Part shown: one piece after another, positions 54,680-64,000 of the stretch
How positions within the stretch are numbered: the stretch's first letter is position 1
Layout of the letters: the number at the start of each line of letters is the position of its first letter
NCBI RefSeq assembly: GCF_000006765.1
Contig: NC_002516.2
Length of the DNA: 64,000 nt
Strand: one strand, 5' to 3'
Source: Pseudomonas aeruginosa PAO1
GTDB lineage: Bacteria; Pseudomonadota; Gammaproteobacteria; Pseudomonadales; Pseudomonadaceae
Notes under the pieces: generated by a model
What the model saw: the letters and a program-made list of their open reading frames with translations, nothing else
What the model was told of the DNA's origin: nothing
The model's database searches: none
Translations under genes and position numbers: made by a program

Positions 54680-54710
54680 AAAACCCGCCGTTCGGCGGGT
54701 TTTCTGTTTT
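54680..54710. terminator. Bidirectional terminator
   Basis: AAAACCCGCC-GTTC-GGCGGGTTTT. Confidence 0.9.
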
Positions 54711-54719
54711 TCGCGGCGG

Positions 54720-55334
54720 TCAGCGGCGGGAGGCGATCACGTCTTCCGCCTGCAGGCCCTTGTCCCGTTGTACCACCGAGAACTCCACGCGCTGGCCTTC
54801 GATGAGGATGCGGTGGCCTTCGCCGCGAATCGCTCGGAAGTGGACGAAGATGTCCTCGCCCGAATCGCGGGAAATGAAGCCGAAACCTTTTGAGGTGTTG
54901 AACCACTTCACGGTACCGGTCTCCCGGTTGCCGCTGTCCTGGCTGCCGCCGAGGGCTGCCGGGGCGCTGGCGCTGCGCGAGACCGGCTTGCCGGGTTTCA
55001 GGCTGCCCGCCAGTTGCAGGGCCGTGGCCAGCACCAGGCTTAGCAGGGGCAGGACGATCGCCGGCTGGTCGGCGATGGTCGGCAGCGGCGCCAGCAGGAT
55101 CAGTGCCTGCAGGACGACGCCCAGGACCAGCAGGGCGGCTGCGCCGGCCTGCAGCGGGCGGGTTGGATGTGACGATTGCAGTACGGGAGCGAAGAGCAGG
55201 TTGATCAGGCCCAGAATGGCCAGGTAGATGGCATCGGGATGTTGCAGGAAGGGTGTGGCTTCGGTTCTTAGGCTGGGAATGAAGGACAGCAATAGGGCGG
55301 CGACGCCCGTGACCAGAAGGACGATTTTCAACAT
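54720..55334 (-). CDS. Membrane-anchored cold-shock-domain protein
   Basis: About 4 hydrophobic helices, linker, then [22 protein letters not shown] (RNP1/RNP2). Confidence 0.9.
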   Translation of the reverse strand: MLKIVLLVTGVAALLLSFIPSLRTEATPFLQHPDAIYLAILGLINLLFAPVLQSSHPTRPLQAGAAALLVLGVVLQALILLAPLPTIADQPAIVLPLLSLVLATALQLAGSLKPGKPVSRSASAPAALGGSQDSGNRETGTVKWFNTSKGFGFISRDSGEDIFVHFRAIRGEGHRILIEGQRVEFSVVQRDKGLQAEDVIASRR

Positions 55335-55548
55335 GTCAATGAGTTCACCTTGATGGGGTAACGATCAAGTAGCCGGACAGCGCTTCGGTGCATGAAACGA
55401 AAGGTGCGGAAGGAAGGCCGGCCTATGCGCGTGACGCACGGCGGCTATTTAACAGGAAAGCAGGAGGCTACTCAAATCAAGCGGTTGGCGCCGGAGGGGG
55501 AGGGCGGGACCCTGAGGCGGGCCCCGCTTTCTATCGAGCGATCGACGA

Positions 55549-56019
55549 TCAGCTGGCAAGAAGGCTGCGCAACATCCAGGCGGTCTTTTCATGCACCTGC
55601 ATACGTTGGGTGAGCAGGTCGGCGGTGGGTTCGTCGCTGACCTTGTCCAGCAGCGGGAAGATGCTGCGGGCGGTGCGCACCACGGCTTCCTGGCCCTGGA
55701 CCAGTTGCCGGATCATCTCCTCGGCTTCCGGAACGCCTTCCTCCTCCTTGATGGACGACAGGCGGGCGTAGGCGGCGTAGGTGCCGGGCGCCGGGAAGCC
55801 CAGGGCCCGGATGCGCTCGGCGATGTCGTCCACGGCAACGGCCAGTTCGGTGTACTGGCCTTCGAACATCAGGTGCAACGTGTTGAACATCGGGCCGGTG
55901 ACGTTCCAGTGGAAGTTGTGGGTTTTCAGGTAGAGGGTGTAGGTGTCGGCCAGTAGCCGCGACAGGCCCTCGGCAATGGCTGCGCGATCCTGTTCGCCGA
56001 TTCCGATATTGATTTCCAT
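55549..56019 (-). CDS. dps: Dps ferritin-like DNA-protection protein
   Basis: [26 protein letters not shown]. Confidence 0.96.
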   Translation of the reverse strand: MEINIGIGEQDRAAIAEGLSRLLADTYTLYLKTHNFHWNVTGPMFNTLHLMFEGQYTELAVAVDDIAERIRALGFPAPGTYAAYARLSSIKEEEGVPEAEEMIRQLVQGQEAVVRTARSIFPLLDKVSDEPTADLLTQRMQVHEKTAWMLRSLLAS

Positions 56020-56103
56020 GGCGTTCTCCTTTCAGTCGGCCTTGTGAATGGGGCACTCCGAAACAGTTGGAGTGAGGCTAACACAGGGTTTTTCCCAGCG
56101 CTC

Positions 56104-56140
56104 TTGGTCTATGTCAAAGGCGGCGATAGGGAGAATCTAT
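56104..56140. promoter_or_regulatory. Candidate OxyR site upstream of dps
   Basis: ATAG-N7-CTAT at 56126-56140, with weaker upstream half-sites. Confidence 0.55.
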
Positions 56141-56458
56141 TCCGACTGCCCGGTCAAGCGAATGGTTCGCAGGGGGAGGCGAAATGCTTCCGTTCAACGG
56201 CCTGGCTTCCCGCGTGACAGGCCGGCGGGGCTGGCTGCAAGCCATGGATTTTTCAGGCTATAATCCCCGCCTTCAATGCGAAGTGGGCCCGGATGCGGGT
56301 GCTTCGCCGTTGCCGTTCACCGGGCAGCGCGGGAGATGTCCTTCCGGGGGCGTACCGATGGTTCCGGTGCTCGGTCAGGGCCGGCGAGAGCCCGGCAATG
56401 GTCGCCAGGCAGCCGGCGGCTCCACAGAATCCAAGACTTACGAGAAGCGAACCACACC

Positions 56459-58234
56459 ATGATGCGCAGCCACTATTGCGGCCAACTGAACGAGAGCCTG
56501 GACGGCCAGGAAGTCACCCTTTGCGGTTGGGTTCACCGCCGCCGCGACCATGGTGGAGTGATCTTCCTCGATGTGCGCGATCGCGAGGGGCTGGCCCAGG
56601 TGGTGTTCGATCCGGACCGTGCGGAAACCTTCGCCAAGGCCGACCGGGTGCGCAGCGAGTTCGTGGTGAAGATCACCGGCAAGGTGCGCCTGCGCCCTGA
56701 AGGCGCGCGCAACCCGAACATGGCGTCTGGCTCCATCGAGGTACTGGGCTACGAACTGGAAGTGCTGAACCAGGCCGAGACTCCGCCGTTCCCGTTGGAT
56801 GAATATTCCGATGTGGGCGAGGAAACGCGCCTGCGCTACCGCTTCATCGACCTGCGTCGTCCGGAGATGGCCGCCAAGCTGAAGCTGCGTGCGCGCATCA
56901 CCAGCAGCATTCGCCGCTACCTGGACGACAACGGCTTCCTCGACGTCGAGACCCCGATCCTCGGCCGGCCGACGCCGGAAGGCGCGCGCGATTACCTGGT
57001 GCCGAGCCGTACCTACCCGGGCCACTTCTTCGCCCTGCCGCAGTCGCCACAGCTGTTCAAGCAACTGCTGATGGTCGCCGGCTTCGATCGCTACTACCAG
57101 ATCGCCAAGTGCTTCCGTGACGAGGACCTGCGTGCCGACCGCCAGCCGGAATTCACCCAGATCGACATCGAGACCAGCTTCCTCGACGAGAGCGACATCA
57201 TCGGCATCACCGAGAAGATGGTGCGCCAGCTGTTCAAGGAAGTGCTGGATGTCGAGTTCGACGAGTTCCCGCACATGCCGTTCGAAGAGGCCATGCGCCG
57301 CTACGGTTCGGACAAGCCCGACCTGCGCATCCCGCTGGAGTTGGTGGACGTCGCCGACCAGTTGAAGGAAGTGGAGTTCAAGGTCTTCTCCGGTCCGGCC
57401 AACGATCCGAAGGGGCGTGTCGCCGCCCTGCGTGTACCGGGCGCCGCCTCCATGCCGCGCAGCCAGATCGACGACTACACCAAGTTCGTCGGCATCTATG
57501 GTGCCAAGGGCCTGGCCTACATCAAGGTCAACGAGCGCGCCAAGGGCGTGGAAGGCCTGCAGTCGCCGATCGTGAAGTTCATCCCCGAGGCCAACCTGAA
57601 CGTGATCCTCGATCGCGTTGGCGCGGTCGACGGCGACATCGTGTTCTTTGGCGCCGACAAGGCCAAGATCGTTTGCGATGCCCTGGGCGCGCTGCGTATC
57701 AAGGTCGGCCATGACCTCAAGCTGCTCACCCGGGAGTGGGCGCCCATGTGGGTCGTGGACTTCCCGATGTTCGAGGAGAACGACGACGGCTCGCTGTCCG
57801 CGCTGCACCACCCGTTCACCTCGCCCAAGTGCACCCCGGCTGAGCTTGAGGCCAATCCGGGCGCGGCACTTTCCCGCGCCTACGACATGGTGCTCAACGG
57901 TACCGAGCTGGGTGGCGGTTCCATCCGTATCCATGACAAGTCCATGCAGCAGGCGGTGTTCCGTGTGCTGGGCATCGACGAGGCGGAACAGGAAGAGAAA
58001 TTCGGCTTCCTGCTCGACGCGCTCAAGTACGGTGCGCCGCCGCATGGCGGCCTGGCCTTCGGCCTGGATCGCCTGGTCATGCTGATGACCGGTGCATCGT
58101 CTATCCGCGAAGTGATCGCCTTCCCGAAGACCCAGAGCGCTGGCGACGTCATGACCCAGGCACCGGGTTCCGTGGACGGCAAGGCCCTGCGCGAGCTGCA
58201 CATTCGCCTGCGCGAGCAGCCGAAGGCCGAGTGA
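56459..58234 (+). CDS. aspS: Aspartyl-tRNA synthetase (non-discriminating type)
   Basis: MRSHYCG, RRRDHGG and PEGARN discriminator positions, [13 protein letters not shown]; -10 TATAAT at 56259-64. Confidence 0.97.
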
Positions 58235-58300
58235 TTCGAATCAACCCGCGGAGGCGCCGCTTGCGGCGCCTCCTGCCGAGAGAGCAATACGGAGTGAGTT

Positions 58301-59047
58301 ATGGCTGGTCATTCTAAATGGGCCAACATCAAGCACCGCAAAGAGCGGCAAGATGCCAAGAAAGGCAAGATCTTTACCAAGCTGATCCGTGAGCTGACCG
58401 TCGCTGCAAGGCAGGGCGGCGGCGTCCCGGCGGACAACCCGCGTCTGCGCCTGGCCGTGGACAAGGCGCTGACCGCCAACATGACCCGCGATACCATCGA
58501 TCGTGCCATTGCGCGCGGCGTCGGCTCCAACGATGCCGACAACATGGTCGAGCTTTCCTATGAAGGTTATGCGCCGAGCGGCGTAGCGATCATCGTCGAG
58601 GCGATGACCGACAACCGCAACCGTACCGCTGCCGAAGTGCGTCATGCCTTCAGCAAGTGTGGCGGCAACCTGGGCACCGATGGTTCGGTCGCCTACATGT
58701 TCGAGCGCAAGGGACAGATCAGCTTCGCTCCCGGCGTGGACGAGGAAGCGCTGATGGACGCGGCCCTGGAGGCTGGCGCCGATGACGTGGTAGTCAACGA
58801 CGATGGCTCCATCGACGTGTTCACCACCTTCGCCGACTTCATTTCGGTGAACGAGGCGCTGGCCGCCGCCGGATTCAAGGGCGACGAAGCCGAAGTCACC
58901 ATGATCCCTTCGACCACCGCGACCCTGGACCTGGAAACCGCGCAGAAGGTGCTCAAGCTGATCGACATGCTCGAGGACCTGGACGACGTGCAGAACGTCT
59001 ATTCCAATGCCGATATCCCGGACGACGTGATGGCGCAGCTCGGCTGA
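58301..59047 (+). CDS. pmpR: YebC/PmpR family regulator
   Basis: [22 protein letters not shown]. Confidence 0.95.
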   Translation: MAGHSKWANIKHRKERQDAKKGKIFTKLIRELTVAARQGGGVPADNPRLRLAVDKALTANMTRDTIDRAIARGVGSNDADNMVELSYEGYAPSGVAIIVEAMTDNRNRTAAEVRHAFSKCGGNLGTDGSVAYMFERKGQISFAPGVDEEALMDAALEAGADDVVVNDDGSIDVFTTFADFISVNEALAAAGFKGDEAEVTMIPSTTATLDLETAQKVLKLIDMLEDLDDVQNVYSNADIPDDVMAQLG

Positions 59048-59068
59048 GCCGATCGGAGCGATAACGCG

Positions 59069-59119
59069 AAGCCGGAAGTGGGGTACGCTTGATGCGTTCG
59101 AACCCCGCTTCCGGCTTTT
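59069..59119 (+). terminator. Long hairpin between pmpR and ruvC
   Basis: 16-bp outer stem plus inner stem, short T run. Confidence 0.55.
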
Positions 59120-59131
59120 AGTATCCAGCTT

Positions 59132-59656
59132 ATGACTTTGATTCTAGGGATTGACCCGGGCTCGCGCATCACCGGCTTCGGCGTGGTGCGGGAAACGGCG
59201 CGCGGTTGCGAATACGTGGCGTCCGGATGTATACGGACCGGTAATGGCCCCTTGCACGAGCGTCTACACGTGGTGTTTCGCAGCGTCCGCGAGGTGATCC
59301 GCACCCATGGCCCGACGGCCCTGAGCATCGAGCAGGTGTTCATGGCGCGCAACGCCGATTCGGCCCTGAAGCTGGGGCAGGCGCGGGGGGCGGCCATCGT
59401 CGCGGCAATGGAGGAGGGGTTGAGCGTGGCGGAGTACACCGCCTCGCAGGTCAAGCAGGCAGTCGTGGGGACCGGCGGTGCAGACAAGCAGCAGGTGCAG
59501 ATGATGGTCATGCATCTGTTGAAGCTGACCCAGAAACCGCAGATAGATGCTTCCGACGCCCTGGCCATCGCCCTGTGTCATGCCCATACCCAACAGAGTC
59601 TGGTCCCCCATGGCCTGGTGGGCGCACGCCGACGTGGCGGGCGCCTGCGTCTTTGA
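59132..59656 (+). CDS. ruvC: Holliday junction resolvase
   Basis: [19 protein letters not shown]. Confidence 0.97.
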   Translation: MTLILGIDPGSRITGFGVVRETARGCEYVASGCIRTGNGPLHERLHVVFRSVREVIRTHGPTALSIEQVFMARNADSALKLGQARGAAIVAAMEEGLSVAEYTASQVKQAVVGTGGADKQQVQMMVMHLLKLTQKPQIDASDALAIALCHAHTQQSLVPHGLVGARRRGGRLRL

Positions 59657-59672
59657 ATAAGGAAAGCTCTTC

Positions 59673-60278
59673 GTGATCGGACGCTTGCGTGGCACCCTGG
59701 CGGAGAAACAGCCGCCACACCTGATCCTCGATGTGAATGGCGTCGGCTATGAAGTGGAAGTGCCGATGACGACCCTCTATCGGTTGCCTTCGGTGGGCGA
59801 GCCGGTGACCTTGCATACCCATCTGGTTGTGCGTGAGGATGCGCACTTGCTCTATGGCTTCGCCGAAAAGCGCGAGCGAGAGCTGTTCCGTGAGCTGATC
59901 CGGCTCAACGGCGTGGGTCCGAAACTGGCCCTGGCGCTGATGTCGGGCCTGGAAGTGGACGAACTGGTGCGTTGCGTCCAGGCACAGGACACCTCCACCC
60001 TGGTGAAGATCCCCGGTGTTGGCAAGAAGACCGCCGAGCGCCTGCTGGTGGAGTTGAAGGACCGCTTCAAGGCTTGGGAAAACATGCCCACGATTGCACC
60101 GTTGGTGATGGAACCCCGTGCCAGCGCTACAGTCTCAAGCGCCGAGGCCGATGCAGTCAGCGCGCTGATCGCCCTCGGCTTCAAGCCACAGGAAGCCAGT
60201 CGTGCCGTCGCAGCCGTACCGGGAGAGGATTTGTCCAGCGAAGAAATGATCCGCCAGGCCCTGAAGGGCATGGTCTAG
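59673..60278 (+). CDS. ruvA: Holliday junction binding protein
   Basis: MIGRLRG, GVGYEV, LYGF, GVGPK. Confidence 0.97.
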   Translation: MIGRLRGTLAEKQPPHLILDVNGVGYEVEVPMTTLYRLPSVGEPVTLHTHLVVREDAHLLYGFAEKRERELFRELIRLNGVGPKLALALMSGLEVDELVRCVQAQDTSTLVKIPGVGKKTAERLLVELKDRFKAWENMPTIAPLVMEPRASATVSSAEADAVSALIALGFKPQEASRAVAAVPGEDLSSEEMIRQALKGMV

Positions 60279-60288
60279 GTGGCGCCCG

Positions 60289-61347
60289 ATGATCGAGCCT
60301 GATCGCCTCATATCCGCCGTTTCCGGTCGCGAACGCGATGAGCAGCTGGACCGCGCCATTCGCCCGCTGAAGCTGGCCGACTACATCGGCCAGCCCAGCG
60401 TGCGCGAGCAGATGGAGCTGTTCATCCATGCCGCGCGCGGCCGCCAGGAGGCGCTCGACCATACGCTGATCTTCGGTCCGCCGGGGCTGGGCAAGACGAC
60501 CCTGGCGAATATCATCGCCCAGGAAATGGGCGTTTCCATCAAGAGTACTTCCGGGCCGGTGCTCGAGCGTCCCGGCGATCTCGCCGCGTTGCTGACCAAC
60601 CTGGAGGCCGGCGACGTCCTGTTCGTCGACGAGATCCACCGTCTTTCGCCCATCGTCGAAGAAGTGCTGTATCCGGCCATGGAAGATTTCCAGCTGGACA
60701 TCATGATCGGCGAAGGGCCCGCGGCCCGCTCCATCAAGCTGGACCTGCCGCCGTTCACCCTGGTCGGCGCGACCACCCGTGCCGGCATGCTGACCAATCC
60801 ACTGCGCGATCGCTTCGGTATCGTCCAGCGCCTGGAGTTCTACAACGTCGAGGACCTGGCGACCATCGTCAGTCGGTCGGCCGGCATTCTCGGCCTGGAG
60901 ATCGAGCCGCAGGGCGCGGCGGAAATCGCCAAGCGCGCCCGCGGTACGCCGCGAATCGCCAATCGCCTGCTGCGCCGGGTACGCGACTTCGCCGAGGTCC
61001 GGGGGCAGGGCGACATTACCCGGGTGATCGCCGACAAGGCATTGAACCTGCTCGATGTGGACGAGCGTGGCTTCGACCACCTCGACCGTCGTCTGTTGCT
61101 GACCATGATCGACAAGTTCGATGGCGGGCCTGTAGGAATCGACAACTTGGCTGCGGCGTTGAGCGAGGAGCGGCACACGATCGAAGATGTACTGGAGCCC
61201 TATCTGATCCAGCAGGGCTACATCATGCGGACACCGCGGGGGCGCGTGGTAACACGCCATGCGTACCTGCACTTTGGCCTGAATATTCCGAAAAGGTTGG
61301 GGCCGGGGGTGACGACGGATCTGTTCACGTCTGAAGATGGTAATTAA
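60289..61347 (+). CDS. ruvB: Holliday junction helicase
   Basis: [20 protein letters not shown]. Confidence 0.98.
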   Translation: MIEPDRLISAVSGRERDEQLDRAIRPLKLADYIGQPSVREQMELFIHAARGRQEALDHTLIFGPPGLGKTTLANIIAQEMGVSIKSTSGPVLERPGDLAALLTNLEAGDVLFVDEIHRLSPIVEEVLYPAMEDFQLDIMIGEGPAARSIKLDLPPFTLVGATTRAGMLTNPLRDRFGIVQRLEFYNVEDLATIVSRSAGILGLEIEPQGAAEIAKRARGTPRIANRLLRRVRDFAEVRGQGDITRVIADKALNLLDVDERGFDHLDRRLLLTMIDKFDGGPVGIDNLAAALSEERHTIEDVLEPYLIQQGYIMRTPRGRVVTRHAYLHFGLNIPKRLGPGVTTDLFTSEDGN

Positions 61348-61356
61348 TTGCATTTG
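61338..61356. promoter_or_regulatory. Candidate Fur box for ybgC-tolQRA
   Basis: TGGTAAT-T-AATTGCA, 10/14; iron regulation of this operon is recalled from the literature. Confidence 0.5.
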
Positions 61357-61396
61357 TGGGCGATTGCCGATTGGCAAAGCCGGGACTTGGTTCTAG

Positions 61397-61846
<450 letters not shown>

Positions 61847-61847
61847 A

Positions 61848-62543
61848 GTGGAACCGAACGTCGTCGACCATACCTCCATGTGGAGCCTGATCAGCAACGC
61901 CAGTATCGTGGTGCAGCTGGTCATGCTGACCCTCGTGGCCGCCTCGGTCACATCCTGGATCATGATTTTCCAGCGCGGCAATGCCATGCGCGCCGCCAAG
62001 AAGGCACTGGATGCTTTCGAAGAACGCTTCTGGTCGGGCATCGACCTGTCCAAGCTGTACCGCCAGGCCGGTAGCAATCCGGACCCGGACTCCGGCGTCG
62101 AGCAGATCTTCCGTGCCGGCTTCAAGGAGTTTTCCCGTCTGCGCCAGCAGCCCGGCGTCGATCCCGATGCGGTGATGGAGGGCGTGGCGCGCGCCATGCG
62201 TGTGGCCATCTCCCGTGAGGAGGAGAAACTCGAAGCCAGCCTGCCATTCCTGGCAACCGTCGGTTCCACCAGCCCGTACGTCGGCCTGTTCGGTACCGTC
62301 TGGGGTATCATGAACTCCTTCCGTGGCCTGGCCACCGTGCAGCAGGCAACCCTGGCCACCGTCGCCCCGGGTATCGCCGAAGCGCTGATCGCTACCGCCA
62401 TCGGCCTGTTCGCCGCGATCCCGGCGGTCATCGCCTACAACCGCTTCTCCGCACGTTCTGAGATGCTGATCGGTCGTTACTACACCTTCGCCGACGAGTT
62501 CCAGGCCATCCTGCACCGCAAGGTGCACACCAGCGACGACTAA
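61848..62543 (+). CDS. tolQ: TolQ
   Basis: GTG start; GSTSPYVGLFGTVWGIM, GIAEALIATA. Confidence 0.96.
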   Translation: MEPNVVDHTSMWSLISNASIVVQLVMLTLVAASVTSWIMIFQRGNAMRAAKKALDAFEERFWSGIDLSKLYRQAGSNPDPDSGVEQIFRAGFKEFSRLRQQPGVDPDAVMEGVARAMRVAISREEEKLEASLPFLATVGSTSPYVGLFGTVWGIMNSFRGLATVQQATLATVAPGIAEALIATAIGLFAAIPAVIAYNRFSARSEMLIGRYYTFADEFQAILHRKVHTSDD

Positions 62544-62565
62544 GACGACTGAGAGGTAAGCCGAT

Positions 62566-63006
62566 ATGGCAAGGGTTCGTCACAAGCGCAAGCCGGTCGC
62601 GGAAATGAACGTGGTGCCTTACATCGACGTGATGCTGGTACTGCTGGTGATTTTCATGGTGACCGCACCGATGCTTAACCAGGGGGTCAAGGTCGACCTG
62701 CCGAAGGTGTCCAGCGAGGCGTTGCCTCAGGACAACAACAAGCAGGTCCTGACCCTTTCGGTGAAGGCCGACGGTTCCTATTACTGGAACGTCGGCAGCG
62801 AAGTGGATACTGAAAAACAGACCGATAGTGCCGTGTCGTTGGAACAGATGACCGATGCAGTCACCAAGATCATGAGTGCCCGTCCGGACACCCAGGTATT
62901 CATCCGCGGCGACAAGGCGGTGAACTATGGTGCGGTGGTTGGCGCCATGGGTGCCTTGCAGCAGGCCGGTGTGCCCAACGTCGGGTTGATTACCGAGGCC
63001 CCCTGA
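62566..63006 (+). CDS. tolR: TolR
   Basis: EMNVVPYIDVMLVLL. Confidence 0.96.
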   Translation: MARVRHKRKPVAEMNVVPYIDVMLVLLVIFMVTAPMLNQGVKVDLPKVSSEALPQDNNKQVLTLSVKADGSYYWNVGSEVDTEKQTDSAVSLEQMTDAVTKIMSARPDTQVFIRGDKAVNYGAVVGAMGALQQAGVPNVGLITEAP

Positions 63007-63008
63007 TC

Positions 63009-64000
63009 TTGAAGCAACAGTTCGAACGCTCGCCTTCCGAGAGTTATTTCTGGCCCGTCGTCCTGGCGGTGGTCCTGCACGTTCTGATCTTCGCCATGCT
63101 GTTCGTCAGCTGGGCGTTTGCTCCGGAGCTTCCTCCCTCCAAGCCGATCGTGCAGGCCACGCTCTACCAGCTCAAGTCGAAGAGCCAGGCGACGACACAG
63201 ACCAACCAGAAGATCGCTGGCGAGGCGAAGAAGACCGCCTCCAAGCAATACGAAGTCGAGCAGCTCGAACAGAAGAAGCTCGAGCAGCAGAAACTCGAGC
63301 AACAAAAGCTGGAACAGCAGCAGGTCGCTGCTGCGAAAGCGGCGGAACAAAAGAAGGCTGACGAGGCTCGAAAGGCCGAGGCCCAGAAAGCCGCCGAGGC
63401 GAAAAAGGCCGATGAAGCCAAGAAAGCTGCCGAGGCCAAGGCCGCCGAACAGAAGAAGCAGGCTGACATAGCCAAGAAGCGCGCCGAGGACGAGGCCAAG
63501 AAAAAGGCCGCTGAGGACGCCAAGAAAAAGGCAGCCGAGGACGCGAAGAAGAAAGCGGCCGAGGAGGCCAAGAAGAAGGCTGCTGCGGAAGCGGCGAAGA
63601 AGAAAGCCGCCGTCGAGGCCGCCAAGAAAAAGGCCGCCGCCGCTGCCGCGGCAGCCCGCAAGGCTGCCGAGGACAAGAAGGCGCGGGCATTGGCCGAGTT
63701 GCTTTCGGATACGACCGAGCGCCAGCAGGCCCTGGCCGACGAGGTGGGCAGCGAGGTCACCGGCAGTCTCGACGACCTGATCGTCAACCTGGTGAGCCAG
63801 CAGTGGCGGCGTCCTCCATCGGCGCGTAATGGAATGAGCGTAGAAGTACTGATCGAAATGCTGCCGGACGGTACCATCACCAATGCCAGCGTCAGCCGTT
63901 CGAGTGGCGACAAGCCTTTCGACAGTTCGGCGGTGGCGGCGGTGCGCAACGTCGGCCGTATTCCCGAGATGCAGCAATTGCCGCGGGCTACCTTCGACAG
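63009..64000 (+). CDS. tolA: TolA (TTG start; 3' end outside window)
   Basis: TM with SYFWPVVLAVVLH, Ala/Lys/Glu helix, C-domain WRRPP..FDSSA. Confidence 0.94.
   Translation, partial: MKQQFERSPSESYFWPVVLAVVLHVLIFAMLFVSWAFAPELPPSKPIVQATLYQLKSKSQATTQTNQKIAGEAKKTASKQYEVEQLEQKKLEQQKLEQQKLEQQQVAAAKAAEQKKADEARKAEAQKAAEAKKADEAKKAAEAKAAEQKKQADIAKKRAEDEAKKKAAEDAKKKAAEDAKKKAAEEAKKKAAAEAAKKKAAVEAAKKKAAAAAAAARKAAEDKKARALAELLSDTTERQQALADEVGSEVTGSLDDLIVNLVSQQWRRPPSARNGMSVEVLIEMLPDGTITNASVSRSSGDKPFDSSAVAAVRNVGRIPEMQQLPRATFD
63261..63670 (+). repeat. Coding tandem repeats in TolA domain II
   Basis: QKLEQ x3 and AKKKAAE(D/E) series. Confidence 0.85.

Noticed and set aside
55350-55368. Second Anr box TTGAT...ATCAA
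   Set aside because: Spacer is 9 rather than 4 bp; more likely an RNA hairpin in the leader.
56184-56462. Remnant FmdB zinc-ribbon gene before aspS
   Set aside because: Only two isolated Cys and no CxxC pairs; it overlaps the aspS promoter/leader.

Overview
GC-rich Pseudomonas aeruginosa core-chromosome segment. Gene order and spacing match my recollection of PAO1 PA0906-PA0971 (about 992-1056 kb); I could not verify this here. The window opens inside the phage-derived alp programmed-lysis locus (alpR-alpA-alpBCDE). It continues through mgtE, rimO, kup, the alanyl-phosphatidylglycerol operon, an initiator tRNA-Met, dinB, ldhA-gacS, pirRSA, cysM-rlmD-relA-mazG, lpxO2, wzz2, a MarR/thioredoxin/Rof cluster, purMN, hda, wrbA, proS, oprD, dps, aspS-pmpR-ruvCAB and ybgC-tolQR-tolA (cut by the window end). 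I found no CRISPR array, IS/transposase, integrase or rRNA, and no obvious frameshift. The most interesting signals are non-coding or very small. (1) A leader-peptide/RBS-sequestering attenuator architecture in front of mgtE. (2) A Cys-rich MarR with twin operators facing a thioredoxin-DUF2024-Rof operon. (3) Small ORFs behind a perfect Anr box and a near-consensus sigma54 site. (4) A ColR-consensus box before a YejM-like sulfatase. (5) Apparent decayed phage-tail ancestry of AlpD/AlpE. Family assignments come from recognising sequences by eye, with no database search. Start codons were re-chosen by RBS context where the ORF track over-extends.
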